DNA of 64,000 bases from Lama guanicoe (lineage: Eukaryota), in the NCBI GenBank assembly GCA_013239625.1, contig MU054323.1, positions 17,612,029 through 17,676,028 on the forward strand. The letters run 5' to 3'. A program made the position numbers and the translations under genes. Shown here one piece after another: positions 39,255 to 53,150 of the stretch. A model generated the notes under the pieces. It was not told where the DNA came from, searched no databases, and saw only the letters and a list, made by a program, of their open reading frames with translations. The first letter of the stretch is position 1, and every line of letters starts with the position of its first letter.

Positions 39255-40790
39255 TTTTTAATTTTTTAAACATTTTTTATTGATTTATAATCATTTTACA
39301 ATGTTGTGTCCAATTCCAGTGTTCAGCACAATTTTTCAGTCATACATGGACACATATACACTCACTGTCACATTTTTTTCTCTGTGAGCTACCATAACAT
39401 TTCGTGTATATTTCCCTGTGCTATACAGTATAATCTTGTTTATCCATTCTACAATTCTGAAATCCCAGTCTATCCCTTCCCACCCTCTACCCCCTGGTAA
39501 CCACAAGTCTGTATTCTCTGTCTATGAGGCTATTTCTGTCCTGTATTTATGCTTTGTTTTTGTTTCTTTGTTTGTTTGTTTTTGTTTTTTAGATTCCACA
39601 TATGAGCAATCTCATATGGTATTTTTCTTTCTCTTTCTGGCTTACTTCACTTAGAATGACATTCTCTAGGAGCATCCATGTTGCTGCAAATGGCATTATG
39701 TTGTCGGTTTTTATGGCTAAGTAGTATTCCATTGTATAAATATACCATATCTTCTTTATCCAGTCATCTGTTGATGGACATTTAGGCTGTTTCCATGTTT
39801 TGGCTGTTGTAAATAGTGCTTCTATGAACACTGGGGTGCAGGTGTCATCCTGAAGTAAGGTTCCTTCTGGATCCAAGCCCAGGAGTGGGATTTCTGGGTC
39901 ATACAGTAAGTCTATTCCTAGTCTTTTGAGGAATCTCCACACTGTTTTCCATAGTGGCTGCACCAAACTGCATTCCCACCAGCAGTGTAGGAGGGTTCCC
40001 CTTTCTCCACAGCCTCTCCAGCATTTGTCATTTGTGGATTTTTGAATGACGGCCATTCTGACTGGTGTGAGGTGATACCTCACTGTAGTTTTGATTCAAA
40101 TTTCTCTGATAATTAGTGATATTGAGCATTTTTTCATGTGCCTTTTGATCATTTGTATGTCTTCCTTGGAGAATTGCTTGTTTAGGTCTTCTGCCCATTT
40201 TTGGATTGGGTTGTTTATTTTTTTCTTATTGAGTTGTATGAGCTGCTTATATATCCTGCAGATCAAGCCTTTGTCGGTTTCATTTGCAAAAATTTTCTCC
40301 CATTCCATAGGTTGTCTTCTTGTTTTACTTATGGTTTCCTTTGCTGTGCAGAAGTTTCATTAGGTCTCATTTGTTTATTCTTGCTTTTATTTCTTCTAGG
40401 AGAAAATTTTTGAAATGTATGTCAGATAATGTTTTGCCTGTGTTTTCCTCTAGGAGGTTTACTGTATCTTGTCTTATGTTTACTCTTTGATCCATTTTGA
40501 GTTGATTTTTGTATATGGTGTAAGGGAGTGCTCTAGCTTCATTGTTTTACATGCTGCTGTCCAGTTTTCCCAGCACCATTTGCTGAAGAGACTGTTTTTA
40601 TTCCTTTGTATATTCTTGCCTCCTTTGTCGAAGATGAGTTGACCAAAAGTTTGTGGGTTCATTTCTGGGCTCTCTATTCTGTTCCATTGGTCTATATGTC
40701 TGTTTTTGTACCAATACCATGCTGTCTTGATGACTGTAGCTCTATAGTATTGTCTGAAGTCTGGGAGAGTTATTCTTCCAGCCTCTTTTT
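39255..40790 (-). mobile_element. Young 5'-truncated L1 (ORF2 C-terminus and 3' UTR)
   Basis: ORFs 39589..40083 ([11 protein letters not shown]...LLHCWWEC...[10 protein letters not shown]), 40096..40308 and 40480..40662 are L1 ORF2 pieces separated by frameshifts. Confidence 0.95.
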
Positions 40791-40975
40791 GCTTATATAT
40801 TCTGCTTATATATTCTGGAGATCAAGCCTTTGTCAGTTTCAACTTATGCAAAAATTTTCTCCCATTCCATAGGTTGTCACTTTGTTTTGCTTATGGTTTC
40901 CTTTGCTGTGCAAAAGCTTTTAAGTTTAATGAGGTCCCATTTGTTTATTCTTGCTTTTGTTTCTATTTCTTGGGT
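40791..40975 (-). mobile_element. Second L1 ORF2 fragment, homologous to 40244-40395
   Basis: gatcaagcctttgtc...aaaattttctcccattccataggttgtc occurs in both places. Confidence 0.85.
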
Positions 40976-41736
40976 AGACTTAAAAGTTAAAAAACCCTGC
41001 CCTTTACGCTGTGTCTCCCATATTAAACCAGTCCCCCCACTTGTTTTCACAGTCAAATTTCTTCGAGTAATAGTTTGAGCTTTGTTTTTTTTTCATGACT
41101 TCCATTCATTCCTCAACCCACTACAATCTATTTGTCATCCCATGACTTTGCTGAAATTACTCTTGCAAAGGTCCATGTCATTCTAAGAGCCAAATCAAAA
41201 GCCTCTAAAAATTCTCATTCTACTTGAATTTCAGCAGCATTTGATCCTACTGACCTCCTCTTTTGTTTTGAAATTCTCCAACTGCAACTGCTACCAAAAA
41301 CCAATGATTTCCAAATCCATGCCTCCAGCCAAGACCTCTCCACTGAGCTCCAAACCTGCAAACTGACAACTGTACGTATCTACACAATCTCTAAACACCT
41401 CATAATCAACATGTCTCAAATGAATGGAAATACATTCTCTCTCTTCGGTCTACCTCCTAAATGCCTCTCAATTCCAGCCCTACTACAACTACCTTGGTTC
41501 AAATCCTCATAATAACACTCAAATCACCTCTTGGGGTAGACTACCACGTGTGCCTCCAACAGCCACTGCTTTCCTTCTTGGGCATGTAGCTAAAGACCAC
41601 ATTTCCTAACCTCTCTTGCATCTGTGTGCCCATGTAAGTTAGATCCTGGCAACAAAAGATGAGCAAAATTGGTGTGTAGCTTTCAACCTCACTTCCTTAA
41701 AAGAAAAACTGCTTGCCTTAAAATACTTGTCTCTGT

Positions 41737-42000
41737 AAACAAACTTATGATTACCAAAGAGGGAAGAGGGGGAGGTAAGGGATAAATTAGGAGTCTGGGA
41801 TTAGTAGATACAAATTACTATATACAAAACAGATAAAAAACAAGGACCTACTATATAGCACGGGGAACTATATTTAATAGCTTGTATTAACCTATAGTGA
41901 AAAAGAATATATATATGTATATTTCAATCACCATGCTGTCCAGAAACTAACACAGCACTGTAAATCAACTACACTTCAATTAAAAACAAAACAAAACAAA
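41737..42000 (+). mobile_element. L1 3' end (cetartiodactyl-type) inserted in an MLT1 LTR (~41535-42250)
   Basis: gggataaattaggagtctgggattag...acctactatatagcacggggaactata...gtaaatcaactacacttcaattaaaaa; MLT1-like halves on both sides. Confidence 0.8.
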
Positions 42001-42544
42001 CACCTCTCTTTCTTCTGGCAAGCTAAAGATGGACACATCAGTGACCTAGCTTCACATAAACAGATGAATGAGCACTCAACCAAGTAATGGCATCAAATGG
42101 AAGGAACATGCATTCTTGAACGACCTCATGGAACAGAACTGAACTACACCTTGGGCTCACCCCAGAACTATTACATGAGAGAGAAAGAAATGTCTATCTT
42201 GTTTAGGTCACTTTATTTTGGTTTTCTTTGTTAAAGCAAATACCTGAACCCAATACCCTTCTCAATATACCTCTTAACTGGTCTTCCAGTTAAATTTCAG
42301 TACATTTGCCACATTACTGCCAGTTATCTTTTAAAATATAGACTAAGTATTTGTCTTCTTTCTAATAACCTTCTATGACCCACAGCTCTAAATGTTTTGA
42401 CATGGAACAGAAAGTATCATGGTATGCAACACGGCCCTAAGTATTCTCCTAGCTTCCATCCTTTATGATCCACTCCCTTCCTAGATCATGCCCCTATTTT
42501 CCCACATAGCTACTTTAGCTCCAGCATCATTAGACTTTAACTTT

Positions 42545-44950
42545 CTCCAATGTAACAGAAAAACAAAACATAACTTTGCAAAATGAAAAACAGAGGAGGT
42601 AAAGAAAATTAAAGTCTGATGGGGAGACCAAAAAAAGGTGTGAACAGAAAATATATACTTCATACAAACTATCATTAAAATGGTAAACTTCAGGGTTTGT
42701 TCTTTTGGGGAAGTATCTGAAGGTGCACTGAATATCCCATGGCTGAAATGTCAAGAGCACCAACACCAATGAGAAAAAGCAATTAAGAGGCTATTTTAAT
42801 TATATGGATAATTTATAGTTTTTATTGAGGTGAAACCTATAAAACAAAGTGTACAATTCAGTGCATTTAGTACATTCACAATGTTGTGTCACCATTACCT
42901 CTATCTAGTTCCAAAACATTTTTATCACCCCCAAAAGAGACCTCATACCTAATTCCCCTCTCCCCTGAACCTCTAGCAACCACAAATCTGCTTTCTGTCT
43001 CTATAGACTTACTTATGCTGTATATTTCATAGAAATGGAACTATACAATATTTGACCTATTGCGTCTGACTTCTTTCATTTAGCATAAATGTTTCTGAGT
43101 TCATCCACGTAGTAGCATTTCTCAATATGGATAATACAAATTTTATAAACAGCATTATTTGTAAATGCAACATATCTGAATCCACCTAAATGCTCACACA
43201 TAGTATAGTGACTAACTTTGGTATACTCCATATGATGGAGTACTATGCAGAATGAGAAAAGATATTTAGCAACTAATGTGGAATGATTTCCCAGACATAC
43301 TGTTAAATGAAAGGGGCAAAATTCAAAAGAATATCTATATAGCATGCTACCTTTTGTGAAAGAAAAGAAGAGAAAAATAAGAAAATGCTCAAGTGTCTGC
43401 TCATTTGGCTGAAACAAAACAAAACAATAAAACATAGAAAACTGGAAACCAAATACAGTGGTTATCAACCAGGGATGAGTAGGAATCGGATAAAAAAGAA
43501 GAATGACAAGTCCCTGAATCTTGTTAAAGTTTCACATACTTGAAAAATACTCTTAAAAAAAATTAAAGATGAGGGAGGCATCCCCAAAATGAATACAAAC
43601 AGAAACAAAGGAACTGGCCATGCATCATGGGTTGAGTTGTACCCCCTAAAAGATATGGTGAATTCTTAACCTCCAGTATTTGTGAATGTGACCCTATTTG
43701 GAAATAATAATTTCTCTGCAGTATTAAGTTAAGATGGGGCCTTTACAGTGGTTTCTAGGACTGATGTCCTTATATAAAGGGAAAATTTAGTCACAGGGTG
43801 CTTGCTGTGTGACAGCAGAGGCAGACTGGAACCATCGATAAGCCAAAGACCACCAAGGATTGCTGGCCATCACCAGATGCTAGAGGAGAGGCATGAAACA
43901 TATTTCTCAGAGTTCTCAGAAGGAACCAACCCTGCTGACACCTTGGTTTCCAACTTCTAGCTGCCAGAACTGTAAGAGAATAAATTTCTGATGTTTCAAG
44001 CCACCTAGTTTGTGGTACTTTCTTATGGCAGCTTAGAAACTAATACACCAAGCAGACTTCAAAAGAATAACATAATCACTTTTGAAAGGGGGAGAAAGGA
44101 GGGGAACCAGATTTCACAACACTAGGTGCCCTCAGCCCTCAGGTAAATAAAATTCTAAACAAAAAATGACCCCCAGTTAGTAGCTGATTTCTCAGAGGCA
44201 TATGCTAACAATTCTGAAATTACTCTTATGTTCAAGGACTAAGCAAATAGATAAATATATTATGGATAATGGAAACCAGGTTTCTCCCTGTTGGATATTA
44301 AAGTGACACATATGGAAAGGAAAGAGAAAATGAACCCTATAATGTTAGACTGGGATTGGAGGGATAAGTATGGAATAACCCACATGGTTTTGTACAGAAA
44401 TATTGGGGGTGAGGGAGGGAAGAGGTGTGTGATATCTAGGTATTTATGTGTGCATACACACATCTATGTCCTGGTTCAATCCCTTAAGACAGCATCTATG
44501 CCTCAGTAGCAATAGATACACCCAGCACTCAAGACAAAGGCTCAAGAACACATTCAGATAAAAGGAAACTGAAGAGATCTGGCAAATGCATGCAACACAT
44601 TATTCTAGATTTTCCTTTGCCTAAAAAGATATTATTGGGGCAAATGACAAATACAAATAAGGTCTGTGGATTAAATAATAGCATTGTAGCAGCATTAATT
44701 TCCTGATTTTGACCATCATACTGTTAGGTAAGACAATGAAATGACATTTCATTGTTTTAAGGAAATACACACTAAAGTATTCAAGGGAAGAGGGTGTCTC
44801 AGTGTAGGAAAGGATAAAGCAAATGTAGTAAATATTAGTATTAAGAAATGGTGAAGTACTGAAATTCTCTGTACTATTTTCTCTAAAGTCTGAAACTATG
44901 TTAAATAAAAAGTATAAAAACTTAAAATTCAATTTAAAATGGAAAATAAA
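42545..44950 (+). mobile_element. L1MC/MD 3' remnant containing nested L1MB (-, ~42820-43110) and MLT1
   Basis: L1M 3' UTR motifs (ataatggaaaccaggtttctc; attttcctgattttgacc). Confidence 0.6.
43623..44047 (+). mobile_element. MaLR MLT1B/C-like solo LTR
   Basis: gtgaatgtgaccctatttggaaata...gaaggaaccaaccctgctgacacctt...gaaactaataca; imperfect 5-bp TSD ccatg/ccaag. Confidence 0.85.
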
Positions 44951-45049
44951 TGAACAGTGAGCACTATAGTAGAGGCAAACTTTCAAAAAAATATATTGCT
45001 GTAGAACTGGGAATTATTCTAAAAATTAAAGGAAGCATCCATAAGGGAA

Positions 45050-45320
45050 TATATATAATAGCATAGGCTCTAGGAAAACAAATCTGGATCTGAATTTGCT
45101 CCACTGTCATACACAGCCCCAGACATGCTGCTTAATCTTTCTGTGTCCCTGTTCTAAATCTGTGAGAGGGAGGATAATACTATACCTACTGCACAGCGTC
45201 TGTTACTGTGAGGACTACCTGAGGTAAAGCACACAAAGAGCCTAGTGCAGAGCCTGGCACAACGTCCTAAGCAAGCAACCAAAGAGTGGCTGCTGTGACT
45301 TTTATCACCATTATTGTTGC
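45050..45320 (+). mobile_element. MIR SINE
   Basis: ggatctgaatttgctcc...gataatactatacctac...gcctggcaca. Confidence 0.65.
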
Positions 45321-46429
45321 TGTTGTTAAGTGAATATGTGAATTTAAGAAAAATAATTCTACCATTTGGAAAAACACTAATAAGAAAGTGGATCCTGCTA
45401 AACCAAGTTCCGTACATCGTCATTATTTTTTATTGATTTTCTGGGCTCATTTAAATTATGCTGCTAAATTCTCCCCTGTACCTCCTCTGACAAAGAAAAC
45501 AAACCCAATATAATAATTGTGTTTTCCCTGGTTTTTAATTTTAAAAGGACCTGTCAGCATTTCAGAGTCTTTTAATGTTACTTATACAGATGATACCTAC
45601 AGACTCTTTGTTTTAACACTAAATATGTACATAGCAAAGATCCAAACTAAACATATAAAAAGGGTTAATCTGTTTATCTGGAGATTGATTTTATCTTACA
45701 AATAATAAATACATTTCTCCATTTTCTCCAGAAAGTAGGATGGGTAACCTACAAAAGTCCAGAAAGTTGCTTTGTTCCACAAAGTACAAGAACTCTAGCA
45801 ACTGAACTCATAAGTTGTTAAGGTTCTTTTGAACATTAAAAAAAAGTTTTTACATTAAAAATAATCACTATTCTGGATATCCTAGTTTATTATATACAAA
45901 TTATATATAATATTAATTCAATAAAATATTTATTGAACATTTATGTGCAGAGAGCTGCATACCGTCTCAAGGCTATAATTAAGAGACAAAGCCTCCTCCA
46001 TTGAAGATTTAATAGTCTACTTTCGACATAATATTTAAGTTCAAAAAGGCAATTCCTGAACTTTATTTCACTGCACCTGAGTAGTCACTATAAAGAAAGC
46101 AAGTTTAAGGAAATAATTTCATAAGCTTGCCTTATTCTGTAGCCTCCACAGTTATCACAAAGAAAAATCTAACACAAAACACTTTCAGCATCTCCGAGAG
46201 TTCTATGGCATGTGCAAGAGTGTTATGTGTGTGTGTTGAGGGGTACGGAGGTGGGAAGAGATAGCATTAAGTCAGTAGACAGTATAAGAAATCAACTGTT
46301 ACATTTATTTCCTAGAATGAAAAAGTAATATTTAATTTTACTCATTTTAATTGTTCAAGTAAAACATGAATGTACTTATAATAATTTTAAGTTTTAAGTT
46401 CCTATTAATAAAAATTACAGCTATTTTAA

Positions 46430-46630
46430 GTACTTCAAGTATATTAAACTACTTAATTTTTACAACAATTCTATGAGGTAGGAACTACTGCTACGCCCAT
46501 TTTGCAGAGGGAAAAATAGAAATGTTAAGTAACTTGCCGAAGTCACACAGACTACTGTGAGAGAGCCTCAATTACAGCCTAAGCACTTTTGGTCCAAAGT
46601 CCACATTCTTAACCACTATGCCATATGCTT
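46430..46630 (-). mobile_element. MIR SINE
   Basis: acaacaattctatgaggtagg...cccattttgcagagg...gttaagtaacttgccgaagtcacacag. Confidence 0.8.
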
Positions 46631-47849
46631 TCTCTTGAGTCCCACTACCCATCGTAGAAACTCTTCCCAAGTAACAATTAGGCTTCAAACTAAGCACTTA
46701 CTTAGTACTACTTTAACTTTTCAGAACATAAATGAGAACCACCCATGGACAGAAAGTACCTTGAGAAGGCAAGAGAGAGGACTCAAAGCTCAAAGGAAAT
46801 GTTCTTTTGATAAACTCACAGCATTTACTTTTTCATTAGATGCAATTCTAACAAATCTGACTGCCCAATCTCCTGGCCAACAATGCAACAGAAACAGCAG
46901 ACAAAGGAGGCAGATATAAAGGACTGGACACCTCAAAATCAAGAACTGTGTCTTTTCATTTATCTTAGTATATGCCAGTAAATGTTTATCAACCTAAAGA
47001 AAAGTAACAAGTGACACTAAGAGAGAGGAACCTTTTTCTTAGAGGCAACAGTTCTCTATTTGTCACGAGCTGTTGAGGATAAGTTATAGCTGTTAGTTAC
47101 ATCGTGCTATACACAGTACTCTCAGGATGCTATTTGAGATGAAATGCCTTTGAGAAATATTTATATAAATATAATGGTTAAAATTATTTTTGTAATTTAA
47201 GTATTTTAGAAAATTCACCTTTATTTTCCAATGTCATTGAGTATCTTATATCATTGTATCTATCTCTGACATCCAAACAATATGCCATTATCAATCATTA
47301 AATTAATCTTCATCACATTCTATAAAAATATTCTTTTCAACAACCTATCTCAAGAACTATCATTTCAAAACTTAGTTTCAGAGTGGTACTGACAACAAAA
47401 TAAACAGGCAATTCTTTAAATTAGACCAGAAAGCCCAGAACAGAGCCAATTACACCAAAGTACTAGGATGCTTGATTTAACTATTTGAGAAAAAAATGTT
47501 TGATCTTTACATCATACATGAAACTAATTCCACATGGATCTAAGATCGAAATGTTAAAGAAAGAGTACAACAAAACTCAAGTGAATAGAAAATACACATA
47601 CATATAAACGAACAGTGGGAATGACAAGCCCTTCAAAGCATAAAGAAAAATACTGATAGATTTAGCTATATATTCATCTACATCCAAAAGTCATATGGAA
47701 ATTTTGAAGATGTCCCAGGAAAAAAATGACAACTTATTAAAAAAAGGATTAAAATCCTTGATAGAAAAAGATCTTCAAAAAAAATCAATAAATAAAAGAT
47801 AAACACCTTGACTGAGAAATGAGCATTCTTTAATCTCACAGGTCACCAG

Positions 47850-50310
47850 GAAACTCCTCTTTGCCCTCAAGCTCTTTTCTGGGTTCCCTTCACATGTATG
47901 TTCTAAATGAAACCTGCCCGTCCCCCAGGACTCTGCCTCCTCTTCAGTCCTCTCAAGTTGTGGGAATTCGCTCTTTTACATCCCACATACTTCAGGGCCT
48001 AGAAATGGGGTAGGCATCCTTCTTCATCCTCGCTCTTGCTTCCAAATACCTCCCCACTCTTCTCCTTCAAAAACCCAGCCTCTCCTGGAGTGACTATTAT
48101 CACAGTTACCACCTCTTACTTCCCCTTGTAGCTGCTTTTCTGGAATTCTTCACCATTCACCTCACAGTGATAGCACAGCACCTGGCTCATTCTCTCCTTC
48201 TCCATCACTACTTTATTCATCCCTTTTGGTGACTTCAACATCCTCAAAAATGATCCATCAAAACACCCAGGCCTCCTGGACAGCCACATCCCCACTCACA
48301 TGGGTATACCTTAAATCTTGTCACCTTTCATAAATGCACCACCTTTAAAGTCTTTATTTCAAATATCCCATTCAGGTCATACCATCTTTCCAGCTAACTG
48401 ACCAGTTCTCCTACTCCAACCATCTTCCAGTCTCACAGGACTGATCTCATTGACGTTATCATTTTCCACTTTCCATACCACCTCCTGTCCTTACTCAGCC
48501 CTGATTCCACAGACCAGCAATATAACCATTCCTTTACAAACTCCCTCAACTTCCAAGACCTCTCTCCCTCCATAATATTTGTTAAGCGAAACTACAAGGA
48601 TAAACCCCAACTATCCTTTCCCCATACCTGCACCTGAGCAATACCTACATACTAGACTCACTTCAAATTTACAGCTTTGAATTTCAGTGGGTCACTTATC
48701 AACGCCAGACAATCCTACTACATTTATCCCACTCTACATATCATTTTTTGCACTCTCCAAGATATATACATCAAGATATAAGTCATTTTATAGCCTCCGA
48801 GGCTATTTCGAATGTTTTACTTCCATCACTAAATGTACAATACACCCTTCAATTCTCACTCTGATGACAACCATGTCCTATAGTTCAAAAGGAAAATGGG
48901 CAGAATCAGATAAGAACCCATCTTCCCACCATCAATGCCACCAACCTGCCTGCCTCTATACTCTACTCTGCCTTATTTCTTGTTAAAATGAATCACTTCT
49001 CCTCGCTTTTAGACTTACGTCTTGGATCCTGTCTCTTCATTTCCTCAGACTTATTCCCAGAGTTCTTCTGCAACATCAATTTCTTCTTCTCTACCTGTTT
49101 CTTCTCATTGGCACAAAACATAACTTAGAATCATCTATACTAAAAAAAACCATCCATAAGCCCCAGGTCCCGTTCCAGATAATGCCCCTTTTTAGCAAAA
49201 GGCCTTGAGAGAAGAATCTTTCTTGCTATCTTCACTTTCTTTCCTCTCATTCTCTCCTTAACTAGCTCCCGCAGTCCACTGATCTGATTTATCAAAGTCA
49301 CCAAAACCAATGCTCAATTCTCAATCGTCATCTTACCCCCATTTCCCAGCATCATCTCACAGAGTCTAATCTCCCTCCTTCCTAAAAGACTTTCCTCCAT
49401 GGGCTTCAATGACAAAACACTTGGCAGGTGTCTCTCCTACCTAATTTGTTATTTGTTCTCAAGTTTTCTTTGCTGGGTTCTCCTCCTCTAGCTGATCTCT
49501 AAGATCAGAATCACCCAGGGTTACGATCTTGGCCATCCTTCCCTATCTCTAATTTCTTCTCAGGTGACCTCATCTACTTCCACAGCTGTAAGTATCACCT
49601 ACATGCTAAGGACCCTCAAATTCATATCTCTAACCTAACTTCCCCCAGAGCTCCAGATGCATATGTCAAACTGCCTGTTCAACATCTAAAACATACATAA
49701 TAAATACAGGACTACTGAAAATACATACCAGATTGCTGATAACATTCATCCTTCAAGTCTCCCCCATTTCTTTAAACAGTACCTTCAGTACCACCCAGTT
49801 GCTCAGTCCAAAAATCCTCCAAAAGCTTTCCACTGAGCTTGAAGTAAAATCTAACTTCCTTACCACAGTGCTCACGGCCGTCTATAATGTAGTCCTCGCC
49901 TAGCTTCCCAGCCGTCCTCCACACTCTGCTCCCATTGGCTCCCAAGGATCCAGCCATACAGGCCTCCTGTCCGCTCCCAATCTTGCCGCACTCATTTTTG
50001 TCTCACTCACTGTCCTTGCTCTTGACCACCTAGAATGCTGTTCCCCAAGACTGTCTCATGACTGTTGTCTTCTCATCATTCAAGTCTCAATCCAAATGTC
50101 ACCTGCTCTCAATGTCTCCTATCATCACATTGGCTAAAGTGCCTCTACTACTTTAAACATGAGCTTTAGTTCATGAATCATCTTCCTTGTTTACTGTCTC
50201 TCTGAACTACAATATAAGCTTCCCAAGGGCAGTTTACCACTATTTTCCCAGCACCTAGACCAATGCCCAGCACATAGTAGACAATGAATAAATACTTGTT
50301 AAATGACTGA
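47850..50310 (+). mobile_element. Long (~2.4 kb) L2 remnant, from ORF2 region to the 3' end
   Basis: C/T-rich L2 body ending cccagcacctagaccaatgcccagcacatagtagacaatgaataaatacttgttaaatga. Confidence 0.8.
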
Positions 50311-52650
50311 GACAAAACATGGGGGGAAAATATATCCAATTACTAGAATACATAGAAATGTTAATTAATTAACAGTAAGATATCAACTTTTGCTTAAAAG
50401 TAAAGATTTTATTATAAGTATTCTTTTGTGGGCAAAGGTATAGATTACGAATAATGCTGCTATAAACATCTGTGTGTGAAAACTGTTGTGTGGGTAGACA
50501 TAAAAGAGTGGAATTGCTGGGTCATTATGGCAAATTAATATTTAACTTCTTAAGAAACATTTAAAATGCTTTAGTTATATTAGCTCATTTAATCGATACA
50601 ATAACTTGAAGAAGAGGCTACTATTATTATCCCCATTTTAGAGATGAAGAAACAGAGGTTCACCCAGAAAGCTTAAGCAATGTGGTCAAGCAAGACTAGA
50701 ATCAAAGTAGCCTAGCTTTGGAGTCTGCTCTTAACCACTGGGCTATAATCTTCAAGCTCACTAACATGTTAAATATTTCTTACAGGATATAAACACAGTA
50801 AAACAAAGAAGTTAAATATAAAAATTCAGGTGGTTTCTATAAACACATAAGTAGGGAATCCAATGTTAATTAAATTTAAGTATATATCTTAATAATATTT
50901 ATTGTAATAACCCTTTTTATCTCTGGGTGCAGAATATGAATGAGTTTTCTTATTATTTAATTGTATTTTCCACTTTTATTTTGATCAATATACACATGAT
51001 AGTATCCAAGGTTAACATCATAACAAGGCAAACAATTTATTAATCAGAAAACAAATGACTAGATGAACAAGATTTTTCAAGTTCCTAATTTTTTAAAGGA
51101 AGTTTTAAGATGTCCTGAATGAATACCATGCACCAAGTCTTAAGTCCAGTGCTGGGAACACAAAGTTGATTAAACCCTAGAAACAAAGAAGGGCAATTCT
51201 AGAATGACAATACAGCTGTAGTAAGTGCCACTGCAGAGCTATTCCTGCAGAGGAGTCATCTTAATGGGACCGTGGGTCAGGGAAGGAAGGCTTCCTGAAA
51301 GAGAAGGCACTAAACTGATTTGAGAGAATGAGGTATGTACAAACTACTTCAAATTAGAGATAACTTCATCAAATAACACAGTCACCTCATAATGGTTAAA
51401 AATAGAGGCCCTACTTCAAATGCCAAATCTTTCATTTTTTTAAATCTCAGATTTCATCAACTTCAAATATCCACTAAAGAATAGGAGATTCACAGAAAAA
51501 GAAATTATGTCTTATGATGTTAGAAAATAGAGTACACAAAATCTATAAATATGTATAACTGAGGAAGTATTTTTTTAATGCATTATATTTGAATGTGATT
51601 TGATCACAGCCAGTCAACACATTCTTCAAATTTCTTTTTAATGAAACTTCTAAAAAGTCTACCGATGATCCAAATCAGGTGTGGGCAAACTACAGCCGCA
51701 GGAGGCCTGGTTTGCTAATGGCTTTTAAGCTAAGAATGTTTTTTACATTTTAGGAGGAAGAAAGGAGAGAGAGAGGAAGAGAGAGAGAATGAGATACAGA
51801 GATCACATGTGGTCCAAAAAGCCTAATGAATTTGACCATCTCAACTTTTATAGACAAAGCTGCCTACCCTTTAAAAAAAATTACTGAATGGATTTGTGCC
51901 CATAGCAAAGCTAAAACCCGTTTTTACTAAATTCATGTATTATCACTTTGTAGTGGAAGAAGCCATCAGAGAGGCACTATCATCACAGTGGAACTCAGTC
52001 TAGACACTAATATGATGACTTGTTTATGGTGGGAGGGAGAGGAGGAAGGGGTTTTAAAGAGAGGATAAACAAGGGTGTGTAGTTAGTTCAGAAAGACATG
52101 GGCCTTGCGGGGTAGGGAGAATTCAGAGATGGAATATGGTTGAATCAGACAAAAAATATGGAGTAGTCCTACAGCTTTACAAGCTGTTCAAGGCGGAGCG
52201 TAACTACTATGATATTACTGACCTATAAAATGTGAGAGCTAGGTTTATTGAGGAAACTGAGACTCAGGAGTGAACTTACTTGCCCAAGTTCACAGAGCAA
52301 GAACGTGGGACACAAAGAACTGGACTACAGCCACCAAATCTCAGGTCTGTTCTTTCCACCACAACACACTGCCCCTCATCACCTAGACAATGTTCACCAC
52401 CATCAATTGTGACAAGTTAGCTCAGCTGAGTCCAGAAGGAACAATGTCTCCTCAGGCACTGTTATTTTTCAGGGAAAAATTGAGCAAGGTGTCTACAGGT
52501 CTCAAAGAGGTGGAGAAAAGAGTAGATACCAGTTCTATTTTCCAGAAGATGTCGGAAACAAGAGAATGTTGACCAAACATCATTAAAACAAGCCTTAAAG
52601 ATAACCAGTGGCTGATGGCAATAAGAAACATCACATTTCAATTAATTTAC

Positions 52651-52708
52651 CTGGTTCCAATTTTATTACTTTAATTGCTGCCAATTCACCAGTGTTAACA
52701 TTCCGTGC
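52651..52708 (-). CDS. MAP4K3: MAP4K3 exon 2 (ARNVNTGELAAIKVIKLEP-G; catalytic Lys45)
   Basis: ttttttag|GCACGG...GAACCAG|gtaaat, 58 nt. Confidence 0.96.
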
Positions 52709-52889
52709 CTAAAAAAGAAGAAAAGATAATTGTGAAAAAAAGCTTTCAAAAAAGTTTGTCATTTTAGTTTACTATTTATTTCCAATTATTCAGAAATATA
52801 TTTAAAGTGAGAACTGCAAAAGTGATTTATATTTACAAAACAGAGTATTCGCACAATGAATTTGAATATTAATCCATGTATAAATTTAA

Positions 52890-53150
52890 TAATGGTAGTA
52901 ATAAAAGTTAATACACACACAGACCTTAGTATGTGCCAGGCACTATTCTATATGTTTTTATATCAGTTCATTTAATCCTTACAACAATCTATGAGGTAGG
53001 TACTAATATTATTCCTGTGTTGCAGATGACGAATCTGAGGCGCAGAGAAATTAAAGAACTTGCCAAGGTCACACAACTAGTAAGGGATAGTGCTGGGATT
53101 CTAACTCAGGCAGTCTGACTCCAGAGTCTGAGTTTTTAAGCATTACACTC
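52890..53150 (-). mobile_element. MIR SINE (further MIRs at ~26620-26770, ~50580-50750, ~52200-52370)
   Basis: tatgtgccaggcact...tttaatccttacaacaatctatgaggtagg...cttgccaaggtcacacaactagtaag. Confidence 0.85.

Larger units (their letters stand above)
38080..41500 (+). mobile_element. L2 remnant split by the L1 composite
   Basis: Pyrimidine-rich L2 motifs at 38.1-38.5 kb and 41.0-41.45 kb (cagcagcatttgatcc; ccagccaagacctctccactgagctccaaac). Confidence 0.6.

Noticed and set aside
39589..40662. 164-aa and neighbouring ORFs as a functional gene or active L1
   Set aside because: Frameshifted, 5'-truncated L1 ORF2 C-terminal pieces with no ORF1, endonuclease or RT core.
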